NCBI GenBank assembly: GCA_045614345.1
Contig: JAZLCR010000034.1
Location: forward strand, 1 to 49,560
Direction: 5' to 3'
Source of the DNA: Candidatus Onthoplasma sp.
Lineage (GTDB): Bacteria; Bacillota; Clostridia; Christensenellales; UBA1242
DNA: 49,560 nt
Of the stretch, positions 26,501 through 35,163 are shown one piece after another. Both the position numbers and the translations under genes were made by a program. Numbering within the stretch: position 1 is the first letter of the stretch; every line of letters begins with the position of its first letter. Below the pieces are notes generated by a model. It worked only from the letters and a program-made list of their open reading frames with translations, ran no database searches and was not told where the DNA came from.

Positions 26501-28822
26501 ACAACCTACATTCTAAGCATGGTGGTTTTGAATAGCACATCATCTTACAGATTTAACACGGCTGATAAAAAGTTTACAATCATAACATATGGTAAAGAAG
26601 GAACATATTTCGAAACTGTTCATGAAGGGAAACTTGTTTCATACACTTACGACTTCGTTGAATTTAAATTTGATAAAACGATTTATATAGGTGAAATTTT
26701 AATTAAAAGAGGAAACTCTTACATTTCATCGGGCATAACACCTGTTGTTGATGGAGAGTATAAAAAGTTTGTTTTAGAACCTATCTTTGATGAGATTACA
26801 GGCGAAGGTGGCTTGTTGGAGTATAAAGTTATCTTAAATCCTGTTGATGGTGAAAGTGATGAAATTTATTTCTTCACAATTGACACAAGATTAAGTTCAG
26901 TTGTAATAAGAGATTATTCTAGCGGAACACAAAAGAAGATTTATTATCATAACAATAAGCATCATATTGACGTTGACCAAGTTGTTGATCAACCAACATT
27001 TGGAACAACTAGTTTGAAATGGACAAATGTTGAAGAAAATGAATATTTTGATTATGAATATAATTTGTATGAACTTTTAAAAGATGGAACATACAGAACG
27101 TCAAATCTTACAGGTCAAAATAGTTTGGTGATTTCAACTCCAGAGGACAGTTCGGGTATTTATAAATTTGAAGTTAAGGTTTACACTAAAGATGGAAAAT
27201 ATGCAGGAAATAGAATTTACCTCTTTGAAGTTCAACCTGATAATAATCAAGTTTATTTTGTAAGAGATGAGTTAGGAAACACAATAACTTCAGCAAATTC
27301 GAAATTTAGAGTTGAATTGCTTGAAGGTGCAATGATTTCAGAAATAACAACAAAATTTGCAAATATCAAAACAGATTTAAATTTACCACTTTATGTTACA
27401 AACCAAAATCTTAACATTGGACCGATTGATGAAAATGTTGCAATAAGCAAATGTGAAACATCTGAAGGTCTTTATAGTAGTGTTTATGAATTTGTTGTTT
27501 ATCAAGTGAAAAAGGAAAATGTTTTCGAGATCTATTTTGGTGTTTTGAAATTCCACACAAATTTTGCTGAAAAAACAGAACTTATCAAGGACTTTGGAAT
27601 TATTGTTAATGGATCAGTTCAATTGAAACAAGAAACAACGTTTACTGTTGTTGAAAAAGCCGACTCGGAAATTGAAATTAAGGCAACAAGAATTAATCCT
27701 ATTCCGGCATACACTGAAGATTACTTGTTCGAGAAAAATGAATTATGGCTTGAAGTTAGATATAAAGATCAAATAGTGTCTAATGAAAAATTCAAAACAA
27801 CATACTCAATTGAAGGTAATGGAAACTATTCATTCTTGTTCAAGGATACCGCAGGCAACATTCATGAATTTAAAGAAGATGTTGAAAAATGTGATATTTA
27901 TGTTTTAAGAGAAGTTGTCACACTTATTAATGGTCAATCAGCAATAGATAATGCATATTACAACGGAGTGGTTAGTCTTACAATTAACGAAAGTTATAAA
28001 TATATAACAGGAAGTATTAAAGTTGAAGCAAAGCGAAATGGTGAAACATACAAACCATCAGGATACAATCCATATACTTTCTCTCACAGTGGAACATATA
28101 GAGTAAAACTATATGCAAAATATCAGGGTCTAGATGAAGAACTCACAAAGATTATTACATTCACAATCATAAATGAAAAAGAAGCAAGAAAATCAATCGA
28201 TTTAACAGGTTTGGGTGGATGTAAAATCACGAGTGTTAAAAATCAATTTGGTGATGATGTTACAAACAAATTCCTTAACATAATGTTATTAAAAGGTAGC
28301 ATGAATATCACTTATGAAGATATTATGGAGAATGCTGAAGACTTAAATGTTACAAGCGGAAAACAAACATTCTCAATCAAGTATTCAATGAGTGATGGAA
28401 TTTATCCAACAAGAGAAATTGACTTAAGCTTCACGTTGAATAATGAGGATGTTTCAATTTCATGTTCTCTTCAAAAAGGAGAAACAACAACAAAAGGATT
28501 CACAATCTATTTCAATGCCGCAGTTATTTATGAAAAGGTGGGAGAATCGTATATCTATATTAATGATAGGTTGGTTGCCCATGTTAACGAACTTTCAGCA
28601 AATGCCGAACAACAAGTTTCAACAACTTATGATGAATTTGGTGAAGGTGGCTATTATGTAAAACTCATGAGCACATCTGGCGTTTTGTTGGATTGTTATA
28701 AAGTTACAATCAAAGAGCCACTTAATGCGTCTGCAATAATAATTATTATTGTTGTTGTTGCCGTTGTTGCAACAGTTGTAATATCTGTAATTGTTTTAAG
28801 AAGAAAAATGAGGATCAGATAA
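20597..28822 (+). CDS. Giant (2741 aa) membrane-anchored surface protein with Ig-like repeats
   Basis: TTG start behind AAGGGG; signal peptide; recurrent D.AGN and F.ID[RT] strands; C-terminal TM followed by RRKMRIR. Confidence 0.85.
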   Translation: MKGKFLKLKTTIIGLLVLVAGFGFAFGSNRTQTQMIETYAAAPIKKVGDDEYSALFGDDRGSAIFSVEKVAVSTKDVDNDNIPDGLTEGYETFYSNYNHKTVSDDYYTFRHIPNGLKTKTVVEDGQFVKMDNKVESGNVYKTSDTQEAIMISFGSYVYHPKTDSSDERVEIADENGTIHSQITSLEVVIKKNNVEQQIPSIRNIRPAAGGLYFDFAYLITQDVNNTNEGYYQIYLVFNIAGVKHTANFSFYIVNNSSYIQSIGPNYGYNANPTLGWVENGSEFSKVNTSYEVDNYVRYKIGAHGISDSAISYPTLTYDYTRYKLSYIKTSNQKTTTYDLSVRYDEKLNNQEAYLVISKTEQGITTSTEYSLDDYDSTNSINLVTIMFTEPGAYSVDYNFLYKGFNSANAPKMDFEVQDIKFSIFGMSLQYSKAGYKSAEMQCFEIASTPNNNIDLIVPNGYMEGDDISNKKDQSVGFIYSLVDSEEREGNVVLANSVNSMVNSDLKNDSQKYGAGSGVDALTYLVGNSTDLSKSSDVNLTTILNKIPFAKTNQGSLWLIGNDKFTTNSFYFYSSTGFKNVSDLFTEKEVGGIPTTVSAKRAYTNTTSFNAKGYYLVFLEVKPNGINDADSNMFWQVFAFQYTSDSTNITIEAINDNGTENTSDDTYEDVAGRYTNKNVRISWKKPGIFDRNVNAEYYSVVNQNLTKDNLLLTGKKYFNISESEIGGEIYQIAYLGSEVAGGTFVKYLISLKNEGDSVTYKMFTIDRQNISGIKAYLVQQVNSGNSIFYSYATNVNNSKIEITNSVTDGLAALTWNNKASGSEIFASYSYTPFTINSADPETIVGNGGKQWITTNYQFGQTISGADLVRPENSYSVPSDSILFNQGVYIIKLWDSAGNQAYYAFVIDRTNGYFNINYKDNEGTNKSTYLTNSFAIYGDNVTYSVGDYKAFKLFSSYDSIDEKVKELIQKASEGNLHEFENYYTGADNNIYSLSKIFQKHGSDYYLTIQNKSVLAYENSNNIAEDLGLKNTLRYNVEDGSSYYTCKLYLSGENHINSQTQTQDKSYVKIEINKDNARGYVYYQNDYDISAIPTDGSDVSVGSRGMTYKLKTGSDDSEKDINGLMGAHATSANHVMFIWNMGTGPFEVEKVTYKYYSLNLNNFDSSGKYYFYSSEKGQGQEYVVYNKGDEGTYFKKLGGTGMAIIDFDNSSTSKAGLYVVTRTYVGDQSALGADVKEKNYYFIVDRNGIINTTAGIGDQIKICLMEDETEFDTFSGYGYIPKTLIYQNDGINEKYNVYLETTKLPATISIPTGKYVKGMENSSGYQAGRLKVAVYFRDLDNQLPLSTNLQGGNVKIYDSTIYPNSEIYDSKNNTFNIDIYDYLSKINSTLRDRLTISDDHGNWLFLSGDYVIRISDNVENGRTDRDEPHNNEKFIGLSIKTKDQEGPKVDTFTGFETDQTILINPVYDSGYYHATVSQEFLEVRLPNYSLTETQNAQVDKDYLIVTQFDDGKETPYINHPYTAINGIRLDRDSEYVTLNDDGSISVWLDTKLDVNSLDKSLSYTIKIRYKLNNFKSHELISKTEEELIKYLGCYVYYTASGEAIYYYENNYKITIDRLAPTKNIEELNKSDVLVNEYNEEFETEYMFENSFDQRPGAQIYFTRQYAKYYQYAKNNQKYENDYIYAYRVFETTDFYKEDVAIIYVKEIGGVEELKTYSLTLPFFSTNGYSQNYPDLSKYGELMFENRNLMANTYYEIIEQDAAGNVAQYVIHYNPGSDEIHLPVNVKTTSLENKEVDIAFETNEVDYNIFEISLTEDSTRLNDNFFKIVVRRTGAQESPYQILTKSGTNFEKLNQQIVKYITQTSGFGNYEILIKSRTKEKLFTFNYCNSAAEIVIDIKNLVVKEGEQFKIVLSNAKAQDKDHTMWYFAETIRVTTSLETSIYHGKMHNGEVKYYNELNPNIYVSEIKCLPETTYILSMVVLNSTSSYRFNTADKKFTIITYGKEGTYFETVHEGKLVSYTYDFVEFKFDKTIYIGEILIKRGNSYISSGITPVVDGEYKKFVLEPIFDEITGEGGLLEYKVILNPVDGESDEIYFFTIDTRLSSVVIRDYSSGTQKKIYYHNNKHHIDVDQVVDQPTFGTTSLKWTNVEENEYFDYEYNLYELLKDGTYRTSNLTGQNSLVISTPEDSSGIYKFEVKVYTKDGKYAGNRIYLFEVQPDNNQVYFVRDELGNTITSANSKFRVELLEGAMISEITTKFANIKTDLNLPLYVTNQNLNIGPIDENVAISKCETSEGLYSSVYEFVVYQVKKENVFEIYFGVLKFHTNFAEKTELIKDFGIIVNGSVQLKQETTFTVVEKADSEIEIKATRINPIPAYTEDYLFEKNELWLEVRYKDQIVSNEKFKTTYSIEGNGNYSFLFKDTAGNIHEFKEDVEKCDIYVLREVVTLINGQSAIDNAYYNGVVSLTINESYKYITGSIKVEAKRNGETYKPSGYNPYTFSHSGTYRVKLYAKYQGLDEELTKIITFTIINEKEARKSIDLTGLGGCKITSVKNQFGDDVTNKFLNIMLLKGSMNITYEDIMENAEDLNVTSGKQTFSIKYSMSDGIYPTREIDLSFTLNNEDVSISCSLQKGETTTKGFTIYFNAAVIYEKVGESYIYINDRLVAHVNELSANAEQQVSTTYDEFGEGGYYVKLMSTSGVLLDCYKVTIKEPLNASAIIIIIVVVAVVATVVISVIVLRRKMRIR

Positions 28823-29559
28823 TGAAAAACTGGTATAGTGAAAAAATTATTATTAACGATACCAACATTGATTATTCAAACACAGTTCCAATAACGGAAT
28901 TAATGAGAATGTTTGAGATCGTAACATTCAATCATTCAAATCTTTTAAAATTGGATCATAACACAATGGAAAAAAAGAGCAATGCTTTTTGGGTTGTGAC
29001 CAAAATGAAGGTAATACCATGTTCTCAGATTTTATCTGGGGACAAGGTTGGTGTTACCACATGGATGCATGAGTTGGGAACAGTAAGGGCATTACGTGAT
29101 TGCATAATAAAAAATGGCAACAAAATAAAAGCCAAATTTATTGCAGAATGGTGTTGTTTGGATTGTTCCACAAGACAACTCAGAAGAATGAACACAATTG
29201 CTTATCCTTCAGTTGAAATGGAGAAAACAAATCACATAAAAACAAAATTTTCAAACACTAGAGAAAGTGTTGATACCAAAGATTTTGTTTATGAAAGAAA
29301 AATTCGATTAACAGATATTGATATTAACAATCACACAAATAATTTGAAATATAATTTTATGGTTTTTGATGCATTTTCACTTAAGGAAATGAATTCTATT
29401 CAAATTAAAGAATATGAAATTTATTTTGTTAATGAAAGCCATGAAGGAGATGAAATACAAGTTTATAAGCGAAAAGCGAAAACTTATTATTATATTGAAG
29501 GGCGTTGTGGAGATAAAGTTATTTTCAGATCTATAATCAAATTTAAAAAGCTAAGCTAA
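28822..29559 (+). CDS. Acyl-ACP thioesterase (FatA/FatB-like double hotdog)
   Basis: AFWVV, V.TW, RD and DIDINNHTNN..Y motifs; TAATG overlap with the upstream gene. Confidence 0.88.
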   Translation: MKNWYSEKIIINDTNIDYSNTVPITELMRMFEIVTFNHSNLLKLDHNTMEKKSNAFWVVTKMKVIPCSQILSGDKVGVTTWMHELGTVRALRDCIIKNGNKIKAKFIAEWCCLDCSTRQLRRMNTIAYPSVEMEKTNHIKTKFSNTRESVDTKDFVYERKIRLTDIDINNHTNNLKYNFMVFDAFSLKEMNSIQIKEYEIYFVNESHEGDEIQVYKRKAKTYYYIEGRCGDKVIFRSIIKFKKLS

Positions 29560-29591
29560 TAAAAAATCGCATACAAAATATGCGATTTTTT
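29560..29591. terminator. Bidirectional terminator
   Basis: AAAAAATCGCATA-caaaa-TATGCGATTTTTT between convergent genes. Confidence 0.85.
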
Positions 29592-29616
29592 CTTGTTTAA
29601 ATTTAGATTAACTTTA

Positions 29617-30717
29617 TTATTTTTCTTCTGTTTTATTTTTCTTTTCTGTCTTCTTTTTGATTGGTTTTGATTGTTCTCTTTTGGGAACAAGTTGGAAGAA
29701 AACTTCTCCTTCATGTGATTGGAAATAAACACCAACAATATCTTTTTTCCTTGTTGTTAATATGTAATAAGCGGCACGCTTTCTTGCACCTCCAACAATA
29801 TAACCAACCTTTTTGGAGTTAGGTTCAACAAAAACATTATATGCACGTATTCTTCCAAGATTATCAATGATTGTGATTCCATCAAAGTTTAACATATTCA
29901 TAAAAAGATCTGCAAATGCTTGAAGTTTTTCTTCGCTATAGCTTTTTGATTGAGTGAAAAGTTTGCTGAAACTTATTGGTTCTTTTAACCAAATTCCATC
30001 TTCAAAGATTCCGTTATCTTTAAAGTCCTTATCAACAATAACACAAATTGAACCATTAACACGGCTAAGAACGTTTGTGAAAATATTCAAATACATGTTC
30101 TTCATGTCTTGAAGTTTGCGTTGAGTTGTTCTTAACTTTGAAAAAGTCGCATCAACAAATTCGCTAATCTCGTTATGGAAAATATTGCTTTTTGATTTAT
30201 CAAGTGAAAAGTTTATGATTAAATCGTTTCCTGAAATAGAATGAAGAGACATTGAATAGAAATTCAAAGGGCGAGCAATTATACAATAAACCTTGTCCGC
30301 CTTGTCTTTAATGCTAGTATTTTCTTGCAAACTTCTAACTAGGTTTTTATCTTTAATGCTTGTGAAAGCCATCAAAATCCCATAACTAATTTTGTTCTCT
30401 TTAATGTCAACAAACAAACACCAGTCGTTTGTGATTATTGGCAAGATGGCTTTTAGGCGAAGATTAAATTTGGTTGCATCACTATCTTCAAAAATTGTAA
30501 GAGCATTACTTTTAGGAATTGATCTAACAACTGAGTCAATGTTGTTTGTGAAAACAATTTTTGGTTGGATTACGTTTCCTTCTTCAGTGTAGTTAAGAAT
30601 TTCATTAAATCTATTTAGAAAGTGAGACATTAAAAGTGGCGGAAAATTTTCAAATTCTTTTTCAAAAAAATTGGTTACATTCTCTTTGGCGTTGTCATAA
30701 AAAATCATCTCTTCCAT
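29617..30717 (-). CDS. Diadenylate cyclase (DisA_N/DAC)-fold protein with N-terminal putative sensor region
   Basis: C-terminal NGSICVIV, FDGITIID..G, GGARKRAA and QSHEG correspond to DAC motifs HGALIV, DGA, GTRHRAA and SEE. Start moved to ATG 30717 (GGGGT RBS). Confidence 0.72.
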   Translation of the reverse strand: MEEMIFYDNAKENVTNFFEKEFENFPPLLMSHFLNRFNEILNYTEEGNVIQPKIVFTNNIDSVVRSIPKSNALTIFEDSDATKFNLRLKAILPIITNDWCLFVDIKENKISYGILMAFTSIKDKNLVRSLQENTSIKDKADKVYCIIARPLNFYSMSLHSISGNDLIINFSLDKSKSNIFHNEISEFVDATFSKLRTTQRKLQDMKNMYLNIFTNVLSRVNGSICVIVDKDFKDNGIFEDGIWLKEPISFSKLFTQSKSYSEEKLQAFADLFMNMLNFDGITIIDNLGRIRAYNVFVEPNSKKVGYIVGGARKRAAYYILTTRKKDIVGVYFQSHEGEVFFQLVPKREQSKPIKKKTEKKNKTEEK

Positions 30718-30743
30718 AGTGTTTACCCCATATTCTTTTAATG

Positions 30744-30772
30744 AATATATCAATTTTTAAAAATATATGCAA
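30744..30772 (-). promoter_or_regulatory. SigA promoter of the DAC-like gene
   Basis: TTGCAT-17 nt-TATATT with extended TG on the minus strand. Confidence 0.6.
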
Positions 30773-30854
30773 ACACTTTTAAAAAAAAATTGAAAATAAA
30801 ACGAAAAAATATGAAAAATGCTTGACAAATCAAATAAAAACAATTCCAAGAATT

Positions 30855-31142
30855 TTAATCTTGATTTTTGGTTGATAATTGAAGTTGTGTTTTTAAATAG
30901 ATTATTTCGTTTTTAAGTCTTATAATTTCGGATTGCTTTTCTTTTAACTCTTTAACGAGTTTCTCAATGTTTATGTTTAAGTTTATTGTTTCAGCATTTT
31001 TTTCTAGTTCATATTTTTTCTTAACCACATTAACAATTCCGTTGAAAAGGGCTGAGATGTCATCATCTGTGATTGATGGTGGCATCACGTGAATCTTATA
31101 ATTTGAGTTTTCGGAAATGTTTTTTGAAATATCTTTATTCAT
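30855..31142 (-). CDS. Small coiled-coil hypothetical protein
   Basis: 95 aa; ITDDDISALF motif, then a heptad-rich C-terminus. Confidence 0.7.
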   Translation of the reverse strand: MNKDISKNISENSNYKIHVMPPSITDDDISALFNGIVNVVKKKYELEKNAETINLNINIEKLVKELKEKQSEIIRLKNEIIYLKTQLQLSTKNQD

Positions 31143-31248
31143 GTTTATATTTTAACCCATTGATGTTTTATTATTATGCGAATGATTTGTTTTCTTGTTG
31201 CAAACTGAAAGAATGCAAGTTTTTTTGTTTTCTCTCATAGATAAATAT

Positions 31249-32088
31249 ATGAAATATTTAATATCTACGTTCAACTGTGATATTTACAATGAATCAATAA
31301 TAAATGTGAAAGCATTTGTTAAATACAAAATACATGATTTTAAAAAAGCGATAGTTTTTCCAGAAAAAAATTCGTATCCCTTTGTGATTGAAGATGGAAA
31401 ATCTTGTGAAAATTTTTTGATTGTTAGAATAGGTTTGGATACTTATAATTTTTTATTTTCAAAAAGAAATCAAGATGTTTTTGTTACGCAATTTAATTTT
31501 AAATCAAAGATTGTTTCAATTTCGCTTTCAAACAAGATTTTTATTGCAATCGATGGCGTGTTGATTTGTGAAAAAACAGTGGAAACCTTAAATTTTTCAC
31601 ATTATGAAATAATAGGGAATATATGTTTAATTTATTTTGAAGGTGTTAGAAACTTTATTGTTGTGATTGAGAAAGAAGAACTAAAGTTTGCTGAATATTG
31701 TGATGAGTGCAACACAAGTGGGCAAGAAAAATATTTTATGTGTAGGCTTTATGATTCACTTAATCATGGAACAGTTTGTCACATAAAAGAAAATAGTGTG
31801 GAAACCTACCTTGTTTATTTGGACGATGAGAGTTTGAATTTAAAACAAGAATTCATTCCGTTTGTTTTCTTAGATTGCATAAAATCTAAAAACTATCTTT
31901 ATGCCAATTCATTGTTAAGTGAAGATTTAAAACTTGAAGATGCAAAAAATATTTCAAATTTTGTTCCAGAATTTGAGTGGTTTTATCCTGCTGGTGAAAA
32001 TGAATTTATTTTGATAAAGAAAAATACCCTCGCGGGTATTTTAACTTTTGATATTGATAAAGTTATTGTAAATATTGTGAGTCGTTAG
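31249..32088 (+). CDS. Hypothetical protein (~279 aa)
   Basis: Long ORF. ATG 31249 chosen because the upstream in-frame part contains a SigE-like promoter. Confidence 0.7.
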   Translation: MKYLISTFNCDIYNESIINVKAFVKYKIHDFKKAIVFPEKNSYPFVIEDGKSCENFLIVRIGLDTYNFLFSKRNQDVFVTQFNFKSKIVSISLSNKIFIAIDGVLICEKTVETLNFSHYEIIGNICLIYFEGVRNFIVVIEKEELKFAEYCDECNTSGQEKYFMCRLYDSLNHGTVCHIKENSVETYLVYLDDESLNLKQEFIPFVFLDCIKSKNYLYANSLLSEDLKLEDAKNISNFVPEFEWFYPAGENEFILIKKNTLAGILTFDIDKVIVNIVSR

Positions 32089-34462
32089 AAATGTTCTTTG
32101 TTAGTTCCAAAAGTTTTGTTAATGATTGGTAAACAACATTACAAGAGAAGCAAACAACAATTAAGAACAACACATCAAACGATGAAATTTCAACATATTT
32201 GAAAAGGTCTGGAGCAAACATTACAGCGCAAACTGAAACGACAGAACATAAAACAAATATTATTGATTTGAATAAATTCCAAGGTTTACACATATTAAAC
32301 AAGGCAATGAAGCCAACAATAACCACAGCAAGTGAAGACATTGTTACCAAAACATCTGTTGTTATAGGAACGAAAATTTGATAAACATACATTGCAATAA
32401 CTGAAACGACTAAAGCAAATCCTGCAGGAATTGTGTTTCGTGCAACGTTTGCCAGGAATCTACCTTTAATTCTATTGGTGTTAGGTTGCAATGCTAGGAA
32501 GAATGAAGGTAAACCAATTACAAATATTTCAAGTAGCGTTAATTGTATTGGAGAGAAAGGATAAGGTTTTCCCATGCACAACACAAATATTGAAATGCAA
32601 ATTGCAAACAGTGTTTTCATAAGGAAAAGTGAAGAAGATCGTTGAATATTGTTAATGACACGTCTTCCTTCGGCAACAACGCTTGGCATTGAACTGAAGT
32701 TGCTGTCAAGCAACACCAATTGGCTAACACTTCTTGCGGCATCACTTCCAGCTGCTATAGCAATAGAACAATCTGCCTCTTTAAGAGCGAGAATATCATT
32801 AACTCCATCACCAGTCATGGCAACAGTCTTACCTTGAGATTTTAAAGTTTTAACTAAAATTGCTTTTTGTTCAGGACTAACACGTCCAAACACTGTATAT
32901 TTGTTTGCAATTTCCATAACTTCATTATTACTCATGCCTTGCAAACTGATATATTTTTCATGGTTTTTAACACCACATCTTCTTGCAACTTCACTAACTG
33001 TTATTGGATTGTCGCCAGAGATAATTTTGATGTCAACACCATTTTGTTTAAACCACTCAATTGTTTTTGGAGCATCTTTTCTGATGTTATCTTGAAGAAG
33101 AATGAACGCAACAGGTTTGCAGTTTTCTCCACTAAAAGTTGAATCACATTCAGCCAACAATAAAACTCTATAGCCATTTAAAGCATAAGTTTCTGCTTGA
33201 TTTTTTATATCTGCAGTTGGTTTGTTCATAACATATTCATAAGCACCAAGTTTGTACGCTCCAACCTGCTTAAATTTACACCCCATAAATTTTCTTTCCG
33301 ATGAGAATGGAACGGATTTTTCAGAAGCATATGCAGGTTTTCCAAAATATGACTTGAGAGCTAAAGCGGTGTGATTTGCATCGTGGAAGGCTGCAACCAT
33401 TGATGCAACAATTTTTTCAACATCTTGAATTGTTTTTTTGCCGAGTAACTTAACATCGTTAACACTCATAGATCCATTTGTTAAGGTTCCAGTTTTATCT
33501 AAACATAAAACGTTTGTTCGTGCCAGCATTTCAATACAATATAATTCTTGAACAAGAGTTTTCTTTTTTGCAAGTCTTATAACACTCACTGTTAATGCAA
33601 CGGAAGTTAATAAGAACATGCCTGCTGGAATCATTGCAACAACACACCCTGCGGTTTTGGTTATAACAAAATATTCCATTGTTCCAGTTGCTGTTGGGTC
33701 AGCCATGAAGCTTTGGTAGTTATTGTATATCATTATTATTGCAACAGGAATCATAAAAACTGTGATTATTTTAATTAAATTCTTAAGAGACGTTAACAAT
33801 TCACTTTTTGATTGTTTAAATGATTTTGCTTTTTCATTTAGTTGTGAAATATAATTATCGTTACCAATTTTATTAACTTTTGCTTTGCAAGTTCCACTTG
33901 AAATGAAACTTCCACCTAAAAGTTCGTCACCTTTTTGTTTTTTAACTGGTTGACTTTCACCGGTTAACAAACTTTCATTAACCTCAACCTGACCGTCTAT
34001 CACAATACTGTCACAAGCTATTTGCATTCCAGGCTTCAAACATAAAACATCATCTAAAACAACTTCAGTTTTGTAAATTTCTTGTTCTTCACCTTCACGA
34101 ATTACTTTTGTGAAATTCGAATTGGTTAATGAGAGCTTGTCCATTGTTTTCTTTGCTTTAATTTCTTGAACAATTCCAATGGTTGTGTTACAAACAACAA
34201 TTACCAAGAAGGTAAGATCCGCATATGCTCCAACAAAAGTAAGAGCAAACGCAACTGTAAAACAAATTAGGTTAAAAAATGTGAATATATTTTTTGCCAA
34301 AATGTTTCCAATTGTTTTGTTGGTTTTAATGTTAGAAACATTAACCAAATTCGAGTTGACTCTATTTCTAATTTGATCGCTAGTTAACCCAACATCTGGT
34401 TTTGGATTGAATCTTGTAACTTTTCTTGTTAATTTTGAATTATGTTTTAAATTTTTCATCAT
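32063..34462 (-). CDS. P-type ATPase (CtpE-like subfamily)
   Basis: LTGES, DKTGTLT, ISGDNP and TGDGVND motifs; about 10 TM segments. Confidence 0.95.
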   Translation of the reverse strand: MMKNLKHNSKLTRKVTRFNPKPDVGLTSDQIRNRVNSNLVNVSNIKTNKTIGNILAKNIFTFFNLICFTVAFALTFVGAYADLTFLVIVVCNTTIGIVQEIKAKKTMDKLSLTNSNFTKVIREGEEQEIYKTEVVLDDVLCLKPGMQIACDSIVIDGQVEVNESLLTGESQPVKKQKGDELLGGSFISSGTCKAKVNKIGNDNYISQLNEKAKSFKQSKSELLTSLKNLIKIITVFMIPVAIIMIYNNYQSFMADPTATGTMEYFVITKTAGCVVAMIPAGMFLLTSVALTVSVIRLAKKKTLVQELYCIEMLARTNVLCLDKTGTLTNGSMSVNDVKLLGKKTIQDVEKIVASMVAAFHDANHTALALKSYFGKPAYASEKSVPFSSERKFMGCKFKQVGAYKLGAYEYVMNKPTADIKNQAETYALNGYRVLLLAECDSTFSGENCKPVAFILLQDNIRKDAPKTIEWFKQNGVDIKIISGDNPITVSEVARRCGVKNHEKYISLQGMSNNEVMEIANKYTVFGRVSPEQKAILVKTLKSQGKTVAMTGDGVNDILALKEADCSIAIAAGSDAARSVSQLVLLDSNFSSMPSVVAEGRRVINNIQRSSSLFLMKTLFAICISIFVLCMGKPYPFSPIQLTLLEIFVIGLPSFFLALQPNTNRIKGRFLANVARNTIPAGFALVVSVIAMYVYQIFVPITTDVLVTMSSLAVVIVGFIALFNMCKPWNLFKSIIFVLCSVVSVCAVMFAPDLFKYVEISSFDVLFLIVVCFSCNVVYQSLTKLLELTKNISNDSQYLQ

Positions 34463-34618
34463 TTCCTCGTTATTTCATTTTAGCATAATAACACCATTTT
34501 AACAAATATTATTTTGAAATAATTGCAAATATTTTGCAAGTTTTCAACATTCAATATTTAATAAGTTTACAAAACTCACAAAATCAAATTAACAATCATA
34601 TGAACAATAGGGGGATTT

Positions 34619-35134
34619 ATGAATTTTAGTGATATTGAAGTTAGGATTAACAAATCATATCCAGAACTAATCAATGTTCAGGGAGATATGCAAACAGTTG
34701 CAATTTTAAAAAATTTGCTTTTTAGTAGGGTTGGAGAACTTGGAGGTGTTTTAACTTATATTTATCAGTCAGTTATTGCAGATAAAACTGATGAGGAAAT
34801 TGCGAGCATATTTGAAGAAATTGGTGTTGTTGAAATGATTCATCAAGATATGTTGATGCATGCAATAAGTGAATTTGGAGGAAATCCGAAATATGAGGAC
34901 GCTCAAGGAAATTATTTCAACACTGCCAATATTAATTATTCAATGAAACTAAGAGAAATGTTGGACAATAACATCAAAGCGGAAACTATTGCAATTGAAA
35001 ATTATAATATTGCAATATCGCGAGTTAAAAACCAAAGTTTGAAAGATTTATTTGCTAGAATTATTGAAGATGAAAAAAGACATTTAGAAATATTTAAGCA
35101 AATTAGAGATAATGTTGAGTTCATGTCTGTTTAA
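34619..35134 (+). CDS. Ferritin-like / Mn-catalase-rubrerythrin superfamily protein, possibly spore-associated
   Basis: GEL...Y.YQ, EMIH, E..AI..Y and DEKRH di-metal motifs. Confidence 0.85.
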   Translation: MNFSDIEVRINKSYPELINVQGDMQTVAILKNLLFSRVGELGGVLTYIYQSVIADKTDEEIASIFEEIGVVEMIHQDMLMHAISEFGGNPKYEDAQGNYFNTANINYSMKLREMLDNNIKAETIAIENYNIAISRVKNQSLKDLFARIIEDEKRHLEIFKQIRDNVEFMSV

Positions 35135-35163
35135 TTTTATATATTTTGTGTTATAATTAAACC

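Noticed and set aside
30718-30753. Longer start for the DAC-like ORF
   Set aside because: The TTG lies within the predicted promoter; ATG 30717 has an RBS.
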